Program-made: the position numbers and the translations under genes
The notes under the pieces: generated by a model
What the model was told of the DNA's origin: nothing
What the model saw: only the letters and a program-made list of their open reading frames with translations
Databases searched by the model: none
Part shown: one piece after another, positions 1 to 10,696 of the stretch
How the letters are laid out: every line of letters starts with the position of its first letter
How positions within the stretch are numbered: the stretch's first letter is position 1
NCBI GenBank assembly: GCA_020719725.1
Contig: DYPU01000003.1
Location: 5,081-69,080, forward strand
DNA: 64,000 nt
Source: Anaerolinea sp.
GTDB lineage: Bacteria > Chloroflexota > Anaerolineae > Anaerolineales > Villigracilaceae
Direction of reading: 5' to 3'

Positions 1-390
1 GAGCGTGGTTTTGAACGTGGTGATCGTTACAAGGGTGGACGGGCCGAGCACCACTCTGCCGGGCCAGGTGGACGTTTCCCGGAACACGGTGGCAAGTCGC
101 ATTATGGCGCTGGCGGTAAACCAGCGCGCGATTTTGGCGGAAAAACATCGCACGAGTCGGGCATGGTGCGTCTCAGCATTCGGCTGGGGAAAGAACATGG
201 CATTCGTCCCAATGATATTGTTGGCGCTATTGCAGGTCAGGCCGATATTCCCGGCGCGGTGATTGGAAAAATTACCATTCAGGATCGTAATTCATGGGTG
301 GATGTGCCGGAAAACCTGGTTGGGAAGGTTTTGGCGAAGGCGGCTGACGCTCAAATTCGTAAGCAGCCGATGGGCCTGCAAAAAGCGTAA
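1..390 (+). CDS. DEAD-box RNA helicase, C-terminal fragment (DbpA-type RNA-binding domain); 5' end outside window
   Basis: Frame 1 is open from base 1 to the stop at 388-390. A Gly/Arg-rich linker is followed by MVRLSIRLGKEHGIRPNDIVGAIAGQADIPGAVIGKITIQDRNSWVDVP, the pattern of the DbpA/DeaD C-terminal domain. Confidence 0.6.
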   Translation, partial: ERGFERGDRYKGGRAEHHSAGPGGRFPEHGGKSHYGAGGKPARDFGGKTSHESGMVRLSIRLGKEHGIRPNDIVGAIAGQADIPGAVIGKITIQDRNSWVDVPENLVGKVLAKAADAQIRKQPMGLQKA

Positions 391-411
391 TTAGCAAAAA
401 GAATACAGGCT

Positions 412-465
412 AAGGTGGAAAGAAGCAGGCTTAAGGGCCTTTCTTCTTTCCACCTTTTTTCTTTT
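412..465. terminator. Intrinsic terminator hairpin between convergent genes
   Basis: AAGGTGGAAAGAAG (412-425) pairs perfectly with CTTCTTTCCACCTT (443-456) and is followed by a T-run. It lies between two convergent stop codons. Confidence 0.6.
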
Positions 466-582
466 CCGGCGCCATCGTTTCTGGTATTAATACCGGCAGG
501 TGCGACCCGTCTAGCCCTGACGAAAACCTATAAAACGGTGTTTTTTCCCTGAAGGGGCGCGCCCTACCCTGTAAATACAACT

Positions 583-1800
583 TTATCCGGCGATTAGTTT
601 TAACACCATGCCAGGTTTGAGCATTTCGCCAGGTGAGACGATGCCCGCCAGGATGCCCGCCATAGCGGCACCAAAAACCTGGTCTTTGGCACAGGTTTGA
701 ATGGTACGGTCTACCATCCAGGGAAAGGTTAGGGCGGTGCGGGCCAGCTGCGAGATTTTATGTAAGCCGTCAAAATGTTTGTGGAAGGCCTGCCCGTACG
801 GAGCCAGGCCAGTTTCAGAAAGGTCGCCTTTTTGCAGGGCCGCAATGGCGGTTTGGGCGGCTATCTCGGCGCTGAGCATGGCGGGCCCGATGCCTTCGCC
901 GGTCATTGGGTGGCCGGTTCCGGCGGCGTCGCCAACCAACATTAGATTGTTGGCATAGGGTTTGACAAGTTCGGCGTCGTCGCGGAAGGGGTGTCCGGCA
1001 ACCGGGCTGATGGCTTCCGCATTTTTGAGCACTTCGCGGGCGTAGGGGTTTTGGCTCATAAAGGTTGTCAGGCGTTCTTGAATATTGGCTTTGAGCCGTT
1101 TTTGGTCTTTGCTAAACATGCCTGTGCCGACCACGGCGATGCCGTCGTTCATGTGGAAGATGTAGCCGTAGGCAGGTAGGACGGATTTTTCCCAATGCAG
1201 TTCAAATAGGCCGGGATCGCCGCTTACGTTGCGGTAATACTGACGCAGGGCCAGTCCATCTGCCGGGCCGGGAACCATGCCCAGGCGGCGGCTGAACGGA
1301 GAGATGCTGCCGTCGGCGGCGATGACCAATTTGGCGTTCAGGCTGACTGGGGTTTTGCCTTCCGTGCCGCTGACGCGCACCAGATCGGGGCTAAATCGTT
1401 CAAATTGAGTCAGGCGAGTATTTTCACGCAGTTTGGCTCCGGCGGCAACGGCATGTTGGACGAGGGTGTGGTCAAATTCACGGCGCGGAATCAGGTAGTT
1501 GGGGTAGGGGGAAAATTGAGTTGGAAAGGGAATGAAGGCCATCGTGCCATTGGGCGAACTGAGTCGGTATCCGATGTTTTTGGCGTAGCCTTTTAGCCTG
1601 GCCCAATCGCTTAAGCCCATTTTTTCGAGCACTTCTACGGCTCCAGAGCAAATGCTATCGCCGCAGGCTTTGTCGCGCGGGAAGGTGGCCTGGTCTACCA
1701 ACAGTACATCTACTCCGGCGCGGGCTAAAAAGTAGGCGGCGGTGGCACCGGCTGGCCCGGCTCCGACAATCAAGACGGTGGCATCGATGGTATCGGTCAT
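583..1800 (-). CDS. FAD-dependent oxidoreductase, geranylgeranyl reductase family
   Basis: 405 aa. N-terminal dinucleotide-binding motif VLIVGAGPAGATAAYFLARAG, then CGD and LVGDAAG motifs typical of the GGR family. Confidence 0.75.
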   Translation of the reverse strand: MTDTIDATVLIVGAGPAGATAAYFLARAGVDVLLVDQATFPRDKACGDSICSGAVEVLEKMGLSDWARLKGYAKNIGYRLSSPNGTMAFIPFPTQFSPYPNYLIPRREFDHTLVQHAVAAGAKLRENTRLTQFERFSPDLVRVSGTEGKTPVSLNAKLVIAADGSISPFSRRLGMVPGPADGLALRQYYRNVSGDPGLFELHWEKSVLPAYGYIFHMNDGIAVVGTGMFSKDQKRLKANIQERLTTFMSQNPYAREVLKNAEAISPVAGHPFRDDAELVKPYANNLMLVGDAAGTGHPMTGEGIGPAMLSAEIAAQTAIAALQKGDLSETGLAPYGQAFHKHFDGLHKISQLARTALTFPWMVDRTIQTCAKDQVFGAAMAGILAGIVSPGEMLKPGMVLKLIAG

Positions 1801-1803
1801 GGA

Positions 1804-2550
1804 TTATTCCTTATAAGAGTTGTTTCTTGCGGCAAGCGCCGCGCCAACGATTCCGGCTTCGTTTAGAAATTGGGCTGGGACGATGGGGGTTTTTACGGTG
1901 AGCAAGGGTAGAAATTTTTCATGTTTTTTGCTGATGCCGCCGCCTAAAATGAATAAATCGGGCCAAAACAGAAATTCCATTCGGTTCAAGTAGAGATTGA
2001 GGCGTTTGGAGTATTTTTCCCAACTCAGGTCTTCGCGTTGGCGGGCTGCGTCAGAGGTTCGTAATTCGGCATCTTCGCCTTTGATTTCGATATGTCCCAA
2101 TTCGGTATTGGGGAGTAAGAGGCCACGGTGAAAGATGGCTGTGCCCAGGCCGGTTCCAAGCGTTATCAGGATGACGGTTCCGGGCTGGTTTTGGCCGGCT
2201 CCGAAGGTCATTTCGGCCAACCCGGCGGCATCGGCATCGTTGAGGAGAGTTACCTGGCGGCCGGTGGCATCGCCAAAGAGCAGCAGGGCATTGATCTCCA
2301 GCCAGCGGGCTGAAATGTTGGAGGCCAGCATGGCGTGACCGTTTTTGATGGCGGCCGGGAATCCAATTCCGATGGGGCCTTTCCAGTCAAAATGGTCTGC
2401 AATTTGGGCGGTTATTTTGGCGATGGCTTCTGGTTCTGCGCCGGGGGGCGTTTCGATTCGTAAGCGGCTCGCCAACAATTGGCCGGTTTGGGTGTCTACC
2501 GGTGCGCCTTTTATGCCGGAACCGCCTATGTCGATACCGAGAATTTGCAT
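1804..2550 (-). CDS. ppgK: Polyphosphate glucokinase (ROK family)
   Basis: 248 aa. [20 protein letters not shown]-terminus and ROK-type sugar kinase layout. GGAGG sits upstream of the ATG. Confidence 0.75.
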   Translation of the reverse strand: MQILGIDIGGSGIKGAPVDTQTGQLLASRLRIETPPGAEPEAIAKITAQIADHFDWKGPIGIGFPAAIKNGHAMLASNISARWLEINALLLFGDATGRQVTLLNDADAAGLAEMTFGAGQNQPGTVILITLGTGLGTAIFHRGLLLPNTELGHIEIKGEDAELRTSDAARQREDLSWEKYSKRLNLYLNRMEFLFWPDLFILGGGISKKHEKFLPLLTVKTPIVPAQFLNEAGIVGAALAARNNSYKE

Positions 2551-2559
2551 GTCTGCCTC

Positions 2560-3738
2560 CTACCCGTGGCGCTCCATAAATTTTTCCATACGGCGTAAGG
2601 CTTCTTCAATTTTTTCGTAGGCTGTGGCATACGAACAGCGCACAAATCCCTGGCCGCCCAGGCCAAAAGCGCCGCCTGGTACAACGGCGACGTGTTCTTC
2701 GTGGAGCAGCTTTTCGGCAAAGGTTTCATCGTCCATGCCGCTGGCTTTGATGTTGGGGAAAGCGTAAAATGCGCCGCGCGGCTCAAAGGTGGTTAGTCCC
2801 AGCCGGTTTAGCCCGCTCACAATCAGCTTGCGGCGACGGTCATATTCGACCACCATCTCTGTGACATACGCTTCGCCGCTTTGGAGGGCTTCGATTGCCG
2901 CGTCTTGGGCGGTGGTTGGCGCAGACATGATGGTGTATTGGTGAATTCGCACCAGCCCGGCGATAATTTCGGCTGGTCCGGCGGCGTAACCGATGCGCCA
3001 GCCGGTCATGGCATGGCTTTTGGAAAATCCGCCTAACAGTACGGTGCGGCGCTTGATGTTTTCACCCAGTGCTGGGAAGCAGACGTGTTCAAATCCATAG
3101 ACCAAACGGTCATAAATTTCGTCTGAAACCACCATCAGGTCAAATTCTTCAGCAATTTTGGCAATTTCGATCAGGGTGTCGCGTTCAGCAACGGCCCCGG
3201 TTGGGTTGCTGGGGTAACCGATAAAGATGACTTTGGTGCGTGGGGTGATGGCTTTGCGAATGTCGTTTGGGTCTACCGAAAAGTTGTTTTCCACTCGGCT
3301 GGGGATTTCAACGGGCACCCCGCCAGCCAGATAGACTTCGGCCTGGTACGAGACGAAGCATGGGGTTGGGATGATGACCTCGTCGCCGGGGTCCAGCAGG
3401 GCGGTAAATGTGAGATAGAGGGCTTCAGAAACGCCAACGGTGGCGATAATTTCTGTGGCGGGGTCGTATTTGATGTTGTAGAGTTTGTTCAGGCTTTCGG
3501 AAATGGCCTGGCGCAGTTCTATTCTGCCAGAATTGGAGGTGTAATGCGTTTCGCCTTTTTCAAGGGAGCGAATGCCTGCATCCAAAATAGGTTTCGGGGT
3601 GGTAAAGTCAGGTTCGCCGATGCCAAGTGAAATAACATCTTTCATGGTTGCGGCAATATCAAAAAATTTGCGAATTCCGCTGGGTTTTAGTTCTGTGGCG
3701 CGACGCGCGAGATAGCTTTTTTGAGCATTGGCCTGCAT
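2560..3738 (-). CDS. Pyridoxal-phosphate-dependent aminotransferase, class I/II (aspartate aminotransferase-like)
   Basis: SFSKSHAMTGWRIGY lysine motif and a class I fold pattern. Start moved to MQANAQ (3738) because GGAGG precedes it. The ORF-track start at 3792 has no RBS. Confidence 0.85.
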   Translation of the reverse strand: MQANAQKSYLARRATELKPSGIRKFFDIAATMKDVISLGIGEPDFTTPKPILDAGIRSLEKGETHYTSNSGRIELRQAISESLNKLYNIKYDPATEIIATVGVSEALYLTFTALLDPGDEVIIPTPCFVSYQAEVYLAGGVPVEIPSRVENNFSVDPNDIRKAITPRTKVIFIGYPSNPTGAVAERDTLIEIAKIAEEFDLMVVSDEIYDRLVYGFEHVCFPALGENIKRRTVLLGGFSKSHAMTGWRIGYAAGPAEIIAGLVRIHQYTIMSAPTTAQDAAIEALQSGEAYVTEMVVEYDRRRKLIVSGLNRLGLTTFEPRGAFYAFPNIKASGMDDETFAEKLLHEEHVAVVPGGAFGLGGQGFVRCSYATAYEKIEEALRRMEKFMERHG

Positions 3739-3886
3739 AGTTCCTCCAAAATGGTTGGGTGGGTTTTTTCTTTTGTTTTTTATTGCAAACACTTGGGTAC
3801 AGGCGATAGGCCTATCTCTTTATTGTACAAGCCCAACCTAAAAAACAGTAGGACAAGATGTCACCTTGTCCTACTATAAAACATCC

Positions 3887-4912
3887 CTAAAATTGAATGC
3901 TACTGTTATCGCCAATGTTGACAGCGCGGGCGCGGCCTTCCACCCTGGCCTGTCTGCCGACAAATGAGCCGTGTAACACCGATTGGGTGGCGACTGCGCC
4001 TTCATCCAAAATACTGTTACTGATGATGCAGTGATTGACCTCGCATCCGGCTCCAATGGAGACGTGCGGCCCAATGACGGCGCGTTCCACCCTGGCGGTG
4101 GGGTGTACGAATACTGGGTGGATAATTGTCAACCCCTCGCGCTGGGCCGCTTCGGCAGAATTATCCCGGCCATGGTCGAGCATGTAGACGTTGGTTTCGA
4201 GGGTGGCCTCGATTGTGCCGGTATCCAGCCAGACATCCACTTTTTCCGGGCGCATTTTTGCGCCGTGTTCCAACATAATATTGATGGCATCGGCTAGAAA
4301 ATACTCGCCTTTGAGTTGTACCTGGCGTTTAATTTGCTCGTCTATGGCGGCAATCAGTTTTTCACCTTTTTTGAAAAAATAACAGCCCACCAGCACCAGG
4401 TTATTTTCCATCGTTTGTGGTTTTTCAATCAACCGGGTAATTTGCCCGGTTTCGTCCACTTCGGCCACTCCAAAGCGGCGCGGGTCTGGAACGGGTTTTA
4501 CCCAGGCCACGCCGTCTAGTTTTTCATCGGCGATGAAAGAGAAGTCGGTTTCGACCAGGGTGTCTGAAAAGACCATCATAGTTGGGCCGTGTAGAGAGTG
4601 GCGTGCCAGCCAAAGGGCGTGTGATTGGCCCTTCATTTCTTCTTGCACTACATAGCTGGCTTTAATGTGGGGATAGTTTTTTTCGACATAGACTGGAATT
4701 TGTTCACCCAGGTATGGCCCAATGATGAAAACAAATTCCACTTCAAAAGAGGCTGGAACGCTTGTGAACATTTGCATCAGGTGGTCGAAGGCGGTTTTAC
4801 CGGCGACGCTTACCAGGGGTTTGGGCTTGCTCCAGGTTTGTGGGCGCATCCGGGTTCCCCATCCGGCCATTGGGATAACGATTTTTAAGGTTTGTGCCAA
4901 AATTGCCTCCAT
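3887..4912 (-). CDS. Sugar-phosphate nucleotidyltransferase with C-terminal left-handed beta-helix
   Basis: 341 aa. KIVIPMAGWGTRMRP (G-x-G-T-R nucleotidyltransferase loop) and C-terminal hexapeptide-like repeats. Confidence 0.75.
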   Translation of the reverse strand: MEAILAQTLKIVIPMAGWGTRMRPQTWSKPKPLVSVAGKTAFDHLMQMFTSVPASFEVEFVFIIGPYLGEQIPVYVEKNYPHIKASYVVQEEMKGQSHALWLARHSLHGPTMMVFSDTLVETDFSFIADEKLDGVAWVKPVPDPRRFGVAEVDETGQITRLIEKPQTMENNLVLVGCYFFKKGEKLIAAIDEQIKRQVQLKGEYFLADAINIMLEHGAKMRPEKVDVWLDTGTIEATLETNVYMLDHGRDNSAEAAQREGLTIIHPVFVHPTARVERAVIGPHVSIGAGCEVNHCIISNSILDEGAVATQSVLHGSFVGRQARVEGRARAVNIGDNSSIQF

Positions 4913-4940
4913 TTGGGTAAGACAAATATAAAGATTTGCC

Positions 4941-7127
4941 TTACAAAATCTTCAAATTTGCCAGGCTGGCTGCCAGGCGTTTTAAGCCCACACTTGTAAA
5001 CTGCACATCCAAAATCTCATCATCCTGTTGGATGCGGCTGTCGAGCACAATTCCTTCGTCCCAGAGGGGATGTAAGACCCGCATCCCGGCCCGAAATTTG
5101 GATTCGCGGATCGGAGCGGGGCGGCTGGGGGCGGGCAAGGTCCAGGTATCGTGGCGCGGATTGAGGCTGGTGTTATTGCTGCGTGGGGGTTTGCCACCTG
5201 CCCGGTTTTTTCCGTTTAACAACTCGGTTGGGATATCTTCTAAAAACCGAGAAGGAATCGTGCTTTCGGCGTAGCCCCGTCCGCCGCGTTGCAAGGCGCG
5301 GACGAGATAGAGCGTCTCTTTGGCGCGGGTGATGCCTACATAAAATAAGCGCCGTTCTTCTTCCATTTGTTCCGGCTCATCAAAGGAACGGCTGTGCGGG
5401 AGAGTACCATCATCCAGCCCAACCAGAAAGACTGCGCCAAACTCCAGCCCTTTGGCGGCGTGCAGTGTTAGCAGGGTGGGCACATTTTGGTTTTCGCTTA
5501 AAGTATCCTGGTCGGAAATCAGGGCAGCGTTTTCGAGAAATTCTGAAAGGGTGCGGGTCTGGTATTCCTGAGCCAGACGGCGCAGTTCTACCACGTTTTC
5601 CCAGCGTTCTTTGCCTTCTTCGGTGCCATCGTCCAGGTGGTCTTTGTAGTTGAGGTCTTGCAAAATTTTGTCGAACAACTCTGGCACGGTAAAAGCCATT
5701 GCCATTCCGCGCCAGGCCGAGAAACTTGCGCCAAAATCGGCCAGGGGTAGGGCCGCCCGTCCGCTAAATTGGGCAAAATAAGGTGAGGCTGATCCGCGCG
5801 CCAGATCGAGCAAGATCGAACCAGGGCTGACACCGGCGCTGCGTGCAACGGTATGAAGTGTCAGCAGGGTTTTGTCCCCAATTCCGCGCGGTGGCAGGTT
5901 GATCACCCGGTCGAGTGAGACTTCGTCGGCGGGGTTGTGCGCCAGCCGTAGGAAAGCGATCATATCCTTTACTTCGCGGCGGCCATAAAAGCGTTGCGCT
6001 CCTACCAGTTTATAGGGTAGGCGGGCGCTTAAAAAGGCTTCTTCCATCAGGCGCGATTGGGCGTTGGTGCGGTACATGACGGCGCATTCGCCAGGGTCGA
6101 AGCGTTTGCTGGCGATCAGGTTGGCGATACTATCGACAACAAAGCTGGCTTCGCCGTAATCGTCTAAGGCTTCGTAGTAGTTGATTTTTTCGCCCTGGCC
6201 GAGGTGGCTAAAGAGCTTTTTTTTGCGGCGATGATGAGCTTTGTCGATGACCGCCATGGCGGCATCCAGAATAGTTTGTTTGGAGCGGTAGTTTTGCTCC
6301 AGTAGAATAACCTGGGCGCCGGGGTAGTCTTTTTCGAAGCGTTCCACGTTGCGGTAATCGGCTCCGCGCCAGGCGTAAATCGATTGGTCGGGGTCGCCGA
6401 CTACAAAAATGTTGTTGTGAATAGAAGATAAATATTTCACCAGTGTGTATTGGGCCTGGTTGGTGTCCTGAAATTCGTCTACGAGTACATGCCGAAAGCG
6501 CTGGGCGTATTTTTCGCGCACATCTGGAAATTGGGCCAGCAGGTTGGCGGTCATGACGAGCAAGTCGTCAAAATCGACAGCATTTGAATCTTGCAGGAGT
6601 TCCTGATAGCGTTTGTAGATGCGTTTGATGGCTTCGTCGCGGTAAGTGACGACCGGAAAAGCCTCGGGAGGGATGAGTTCGTTTTTGGCGTGGCTGATGG
6701 CCGCGTGGACGACGATTGGGCGGTAGAGTTTGTCGTTGAGATTGAGTTCCTTCAGGGTGCGTTTGACGATGCTTTGCTGGTCGTCGGCATCAAAGATCAC
6801 GAAATCTGAAGAAACTGGCAGTTTATCGGCTTCGCGGCGTAGCAGGCGGGCGCAAATGGAATGAAATGTGCCCAGAAATAGGCCGCTGGTCATATCTTGT
6901 CCGAGCAATTGCTCCACACGATGCCCCATCTCGCGGGCGGCCTTGTTGGTGAAGGTGACTGCCAGCATTTGATAAGGCCGCACCCCTTCGTAGGCAATCA
7001 GGTAAGCAATCCGTTGGGTGAGCACGCGCGTTTTCCCAGAGCCTGGGCCAGCCAGTACAAGGGTTGGCCCTTCGCCCGCGGTGACCGAACGTTTTTGAGC
7101 GGGGTTGAGTTTTTCGAGAAAGTCCAT
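4941..7127 (-). CDS. pcrA: ATP-dependent DNA helicase PcrA/UvrD family
   Basis: 728 aa. AGPGSGKT Walker A, VDEFQDTN, and SF1 motifs throughout. Confidence 0.9.
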   Translation of the reverse strand: MDFLEKLNPAQKRSVTAGEGPTLVLAGPGSGKTRVLTQRIAYLIAYEGVRPYQMLAVTFTNKAAREMGHRVEQLLGQDMTSGLFLGTFHSICARLLRREADKLPVSSDFVIFDADDQQSIVKRTLKELNLNDKLYRPIVVHAAISHAKNELIPPEAFPVVTYRDEAIKRIYKRYQELLQDSNAVDFDDLLVMTANLLAQFPDVREKYAQRFRHVLVDEFQDTNQAQYTLVKYLSSIHNNIFVVGDPDQSIYAWRGADYRNVERFEKDYPGAQVILLEQNYRSKQTILDAAMAVIDKAHHRRKKKLFSHLGQGEKINYYEALDDYGEASFVVDSIANLIASKRFDPGECAVMYRTNAQSRLMEEAFLSARLPYKLVGAQRFYGRREVKDMIAFLRLAHNPADEVSLDRVINLPPRGIGDKTLLTLHTVARSAGVSPGSILLDLARGSASPYFAQFSGRAALPLADFGASFSAWRGMAMAFTVPELFDKILQDLNYKDHLDDGTEEGKERWENVVELRRLAQEYQTRTLSEFLENAALISDQDTLSENQNVPTLLTLHAAKGLEFGAVFLVGLDDGTLPHSRSFDEPEQMEEERRLFYVGITRAKETLYLVRALQRGGRGYAESTIPSRFLEDIPTELLNGKNRAGGKPPRSNNTSLNPRHDTWTLPAPSRPAPIRESKFRAGMRVLHPLWDEGIVLDSRIQQDDEILDVQFTSVGLKRLAASLANLKIL

Positions 7128-7217
7128 TGTGTGAGGTGGCCTTGGTTAAACAAGTAGAAAGTAGAGAGCTGAGAGTTTACCACCTTCTACTTTTATGGCG
7201 TCTTGTCCTGCTTTATT

Positions 7218-7613
7218 TTAGAGTTGCGAGGTGCAATTGGGGCAGCGGCTGGCTTTTAGGGGGATTTCGGTGTAGCAATGCGGGCAGGTTTTTGTTGTCG
7301 GTTCGGCTGGAGCTGGGGCAGGTTCGTTTTTTTTGCTGGCGTTGGCGGCTTTAACGATGATGAAGATAACGAAAGCAATAATTACAAAGTCGATGATGGC
7401 TTGCGCAAATGAACCCCACTTGACGACAGCCTGACCGACGCTAAAAGTTTGCTCGGTAAAGTTAATTCCGCCCAGGGCCAGCCCAACCATCGGCATCAAG
7501 ATGTCGTTGACGAGTGAGCCGATAATTTTGCCAAAGGCTCCCCCGATGATAACGCCGACTGCCAGATCAATGACATTGCCACGCATGGCGAAATTACGAA
7601 ATTCTTTAAGCAT
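7218..7613 (-). CDS. mscL: Large-conductance mechanosensitive channel with C-terminal CxxC...CxxC tail
   Basis: 131 aa. MLKEFRNFAMRGNVIDLAVGVIIGGAFGKI is canonical MscL. The tail is CPHCYTEIPLKASRCPNC. Confidence 0.9.
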   Translation of the reverse strand: MLKEFRNFAMRGNVIDLAVGVIIGGAFGKIIGSLVNDILMPMVGLALGGINFTEQTFSVGQAVVKWGSFAQAIIDFVIIAFVIFIIVKAANASKKNEPAPAPAEPTTKTCPHCYTEIPLKASRCPNCTSQL

Positions 7614-7629
7614 AGTAGTCTCCTTAAGA

Positions 7630-8445
7630 TTATGGGATTTGCGTTTCGCGGCAATAAGATAAGCTCTTTGAAATGAGCATACATTTAGCCCAACGATTGT
7701 CGAATTTTACCAACAACTCGACTTGTTCCAAGGTTTTATCTGAACTAAAGTGAAAAAGGCGATACTCTGATTGGAGCAGTGCTTCGATGGGCTTGATGGC
7801 GCCAACGTGCATTTGACGATAGGTTGTTTTGTCAATGTCTTGCCCTTGATGGGTGATGACAAAGCGGAGGGTGTTATCGAGTACTATCGCCGAATTGCGC
7901 ACTTTGGCATTGAGCATATCGTCATTGGCAAAACCTGGCAGCGCCAGGATGATGGCGCAGACCAGCATGGGAAACACAATTGAACCTTGTGCGCTTGAAG
8001 CATTGGCTTGTTCTACCAATAGATTACCAACTACCCCAGCCAAAATTGCCGGAATGACAGTGATGAGGATGGAAACCAGCAGCATCTTTTGGTAGTTTTC
8101 TTTTACCGCCATTGGCACCCAGTTTTGCAGGGCCGGTTCCAGTAGTTCAAGGATTTTTGGCGTAATCAACCAGGGTAAAAACAGAGGCGCGCAGCCCAGA
8201 ACAATCCCAAACCCAAGCCAAAGTGCGGCGCTTAGCAAGGTATTGTTGAGACGCATCATGCTCCAACCAACCAGCCCGCCAAGAATTATTCCAAAGAGTG
8301 CCCCAGGAATAAAACTGGCAAACGGATAGGCCCAGTGCGCTTGCATCAATTGATACGCATCGATCCCCCAGGCGGTTATAGCAAAGCCCAACCCCCCAGC
8401 CATGCCATATAATGTCCCCAAAAATAATTTTTGTCTGTTGAACAT
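7630..8445 (-). CDS. Hypothetical polytopic membrane protein with soluble C-terminal domain
   Basis: 271 aa, about 6 hydrophobic segments and then a roughly 100 aa hydrophilic tail. No family recognised. Confidence 0.5.
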   Translation of the reverse strand: MFNRQKLFLGTLYGMAGGLGFAITAWGIDAYQLMQAHWAYPFASFIPGALFGIILGGLVGWSMMRLNNTLLSAALWLGFGIVLGCAPLFLPWLITPKILELLEPALQNWVPMAVKENYQKMLLVSILITVIPAILAGVVGNLLVEQANASSAQGSIVFPMLVCAIILALPGFANDDMLNAKVRNSAIVLDNTLRFVITHQGQDIDKTTYRQMHVGAIKPIEALLQSEYRLFHFSSDKTLEQVELLVKFDNRWAKCMLISKSLSYCRETQIP

Positions 8446-8616
8446 GATTCCCTGATCTTTTTGATAAATCTGTCTGGTTATTATAATGGGTGTTTGACTA
8501 TGAAAAAATGAAATCCTGGCTTTGCCTAAAGCGGCGCATTCAGTTCAAGCTGGCCTAGATGGGGTCGTTTTTCGGGCAAAATGAAGCTAATTTTTGATTA
8601 ACTTTTTTGTTTTGAG

Positions 8617-8644
8617 TTGTTGCAAAAATCATTTGGTGTATAAT
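8617..8644 (+). promoter_or_regulatory. Candidate sigma70-type promoter of the first ABC operon
   Basis: TTGTTG (8617-8622), 16 nt spacer, TATAAT (8639-8644), about 60 nt upstream of the first ATPase gene. Confidence 0.35.
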
Positions 8645-8703
8645 CTCTCTGTGTTTGGCTTTAAAAGCCATCTAACAATCCAGAAAAGCGAAGGATAACG
8701 CGG

Positions 8704-9696
8704 ATGTCCGATTACTTGCTTGATGTTCGAGGACTTGAAACGCAATTTAAGACGCCTGAAGGTGTTGTCCATGCCGTAAATGGCGTTTCGTTCACCTTAA
8801 AGGAGGGAGAGACGCTTGGTGTAGTGGGGGAAAGCGGATGCGGTAAAAGTGTCACCATGATGTCTGTTCTTAGATTAATTCCCTCACCTCCAGGGAAGAC
8901 GGTGGCCGGGGAAGCGTTTTTTAGAGGCCGCGATTTGCTGAAAATGAGCGATGAAGAAATCCGCCATGTGCGCGGTGCTCAAATTGCGATGATTTTTCAG
9001 GATCCGATGACTTCACTTAACCCGGTATTGACGGTAGAACGCCAATTAACCGAACCGTTGCTTCTACATCTGGGCATGTCTAAGGACCAGGCCCGCGCCC
9101 GGGCCGCAGAATTGCTCGAATTAGTGGGCATTCCCAACGGGCGGGATCGTTTAAAAGACTATCCTCATCAATTTTCGGGGGGAATGCGTCAGCGCGTGAT
9201 GATTGCCATGGCGCTGGCTTGCAGCCCACAACTGCTCATTGCTGATGAGCCGACCACAGCCCTTGATGTCACCATTCAAGCCCAAATTACAGATCTGGTC
9301 AAACGTCTGCGTGACGAAATTGGCATGTCTATCATCTGGATCACGCACGATCTGGGCGTAGTCGCCGGTCTGGCGCATCGCGTATTAGTGATGTATGGCG
9401 GTTGTATCATTGAAGAATCGGAAGTTAAAGACCTTTACGCCAATCCTTCGCATCCTTATACCATTGGCTTGCTGGGCAGTTTGCCACGCGTCGATGAAAA
9501 AGAACGTACCCGCCTGTATTCTATTGAAGGCGCCCCGCCTGTTTTGTATAAGAAACCGACTGCCTGTTCTTTTGCTCCACGCTGCAAATGGGCGATGGAG
9601 CGTTGCTGGAAGGAAAATCCCACGCTTGAGCCGGTTTCCCCGGAACACCGTGTTGCCTGCTGGGTGGATGTCAAAACTGGGAGACCTCGCTCATGA
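8704..9696 (+). CDS. Oligopeptide/dipeptide ABC transporter ATP-binding protein (OppD/DppD type)
   Basis: 330 aa. GESGCGKS Walker A, FSGGMRQR signature, [12 protein letters not shown] Walker B, C-terminal oligopeptide-type extension with Cys residues. Confidence 0.9.
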   Translation: MSDYLLDVRGLETQFKTPEGVVHAVNGVSFTLKEGETLGVVGESGCGKSVTMMSVLRLIPSPPGKTVAGEAFFRGRDLLKMSDEEIRHVRGAQIAMIFQDPMTSLNPVLTVERQLTEPLLLHLGMSKDQARARAAELLELVGIPNGRDRLKDYPHQFSGGMRQRVMIAMALACSPQLLIADEPTTALDVTIQAQITDLVKRLRDEIGMSIIWITHDLGVVAGLAHRVLVMYGGCIIEESEVKDLYANPSHPYTIGLLGSLPRVDEKERTRLYSIEGAPPVLYKKPTACSFAPRCKWAMERCWKENPTLEPVSPEHRVACWVDVKTGRPRS

Positions 9697-10679
9697 GCAG
9701 TAACGCCGAAATCCTTCTTAAGGTTGAAGACCTTAAAATGCACTTTCCCATCTATCGCGGTGTGTTCCAGCGCCAGGTTGGGGCTGTCCGCGCAGTGGAT
9801 GGTGTCAGTTTTGATGTTTATCGTGGTGAAACCCTGGGGCTGGTTGGCGAATCTGGTTGTGGAAAATCCACCACTGGCCGCGCCATCTTGCAACTCTACA
9901 AACCGACTGCCGGGCAAGTCCATTTTGAAGGGGCTGATTTACTCAAACTGCGCGGCGAAGAAATGCGCCACATGCGCCGCAAGATGCAGATGATTTTTCA
10001 GGACCCGTATGCCAGCCTCAACCCGCGTATGACGGTGGAGCAGATTGTTGGCGAGCCTTTGGTGGTTCACGAGGCAATGACGGGCAAAGAAATTCAGGAT
10101 CGTGTCAAAGAGCTTTTAGAATTGGTGGGGCTGAATCCATCCTTTGCCAGCCGCTACCCGCACGAATTTTCTGGTGGTCAGCGGCAGCGGATTGGTGTTG
10201 CTCGCGCGCTAGCCTTACAACCCTCTTTTATTATTTGCGATGAACCAATCTCGGCTCTGGATGTCTCCATTCAGGCTCAGGTTGTCAATTTGCTTGAAGA
10301 GTTACAGGAAAAATTTAATCTAACCTATCTGTTTATTGCGCATGACCTTTCTATGGTTCGTCATATTAGCCAGCGTGTGGCAGTGATGTACTTAGGTGTG
10401 ATTGTTGAATTGGCCGACCGCGACGAGTTGTACCACTCGCCGCTGCATCCCTATACCCAGGCCCTGCTCTCGGCGGTACCGTTGCCAGACCCGGTAATGG
10501 ATTTACAGCGTAAACGTATCATCCTCGAAGGAGATGTTCCTTCACCTGTCAATCCGCCTTCCGGCTGCCGTTTCCGCACCCGCTGTCCGATTGCCGAAAC
10601 AGGCTTATGTGATACAAGCCAACCCAAATTCCGCGAGGTGAAACCAGGCCACTTTGTGGCTTGTCACAAAGTAAGTTAA
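9693..10679 (+). CDS. Oligopeptide/dipeptide ABC transporter ATP-binding protein (OppF/DppF type)
   Basis: 328 aa. [31 protein letters not shown] start/stop overlap with the upstream gene. Confidence 0.9.
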   Translation: MSSNAEILLKVEDLKMHFPIYRGVFQRQVGAVRAVDGVSFDVYRGETLGLVGESGCGKSTTGRAILQLYKPTAGQVHFEGADLLKLRGEEMRHMRRKMQMIFQDPYASLNPRMTVEQIVGEPLVVHEAMTGKEIQDRVKELLELVGLNPSFASRYPHEFSGGQRQRIGVARALALQPSFIICDEPISALDVSIQAQVVNLLEELQEKFNLTYLFIAHDLSMVRHISQRVAVMYLGVIVELADRDELYHSPLHPYTQALLSAVPLPDPVMDLQRKRIILEGDVPSPVNPPSGCRFRTRCPIAETGLCDTSQPKFREVKPGHFVACHKVS

Positions 10680-10683
10680 CGTG

Positions 10684-10696
10684 AAAGGAGGTGGTT
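10684..10696 (+). promoter_or_regulatory. Shine-Dalgarno-like leader motif AAAGGAGGTGGTT, not positioned for initiation (copy 1)
   Basis: A 13-nt string identical to 18087-18099. Its GGAGG core lies 84 nt upstream of the binding-protein ATG, which has its own GAGGAG RBS. Confidence 0.35.

Noticed and set aside
483-494. Perfect 12-bp palindrome GGTATTAATACC in the convergent intergenic region
   Set aside because: It lies downstream of both convergent genes with no promoter or gene start nearby. A single short AT-rich palindrome is expected by chance.
8445-8703. The 260-bp leader upstream of the first ABC operon examined for a riboswitch or T-box
   Set aside because: I could recognise no conserved riboswitch core or specifier/T-box sequence. 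Only a candidate promoter is reported.
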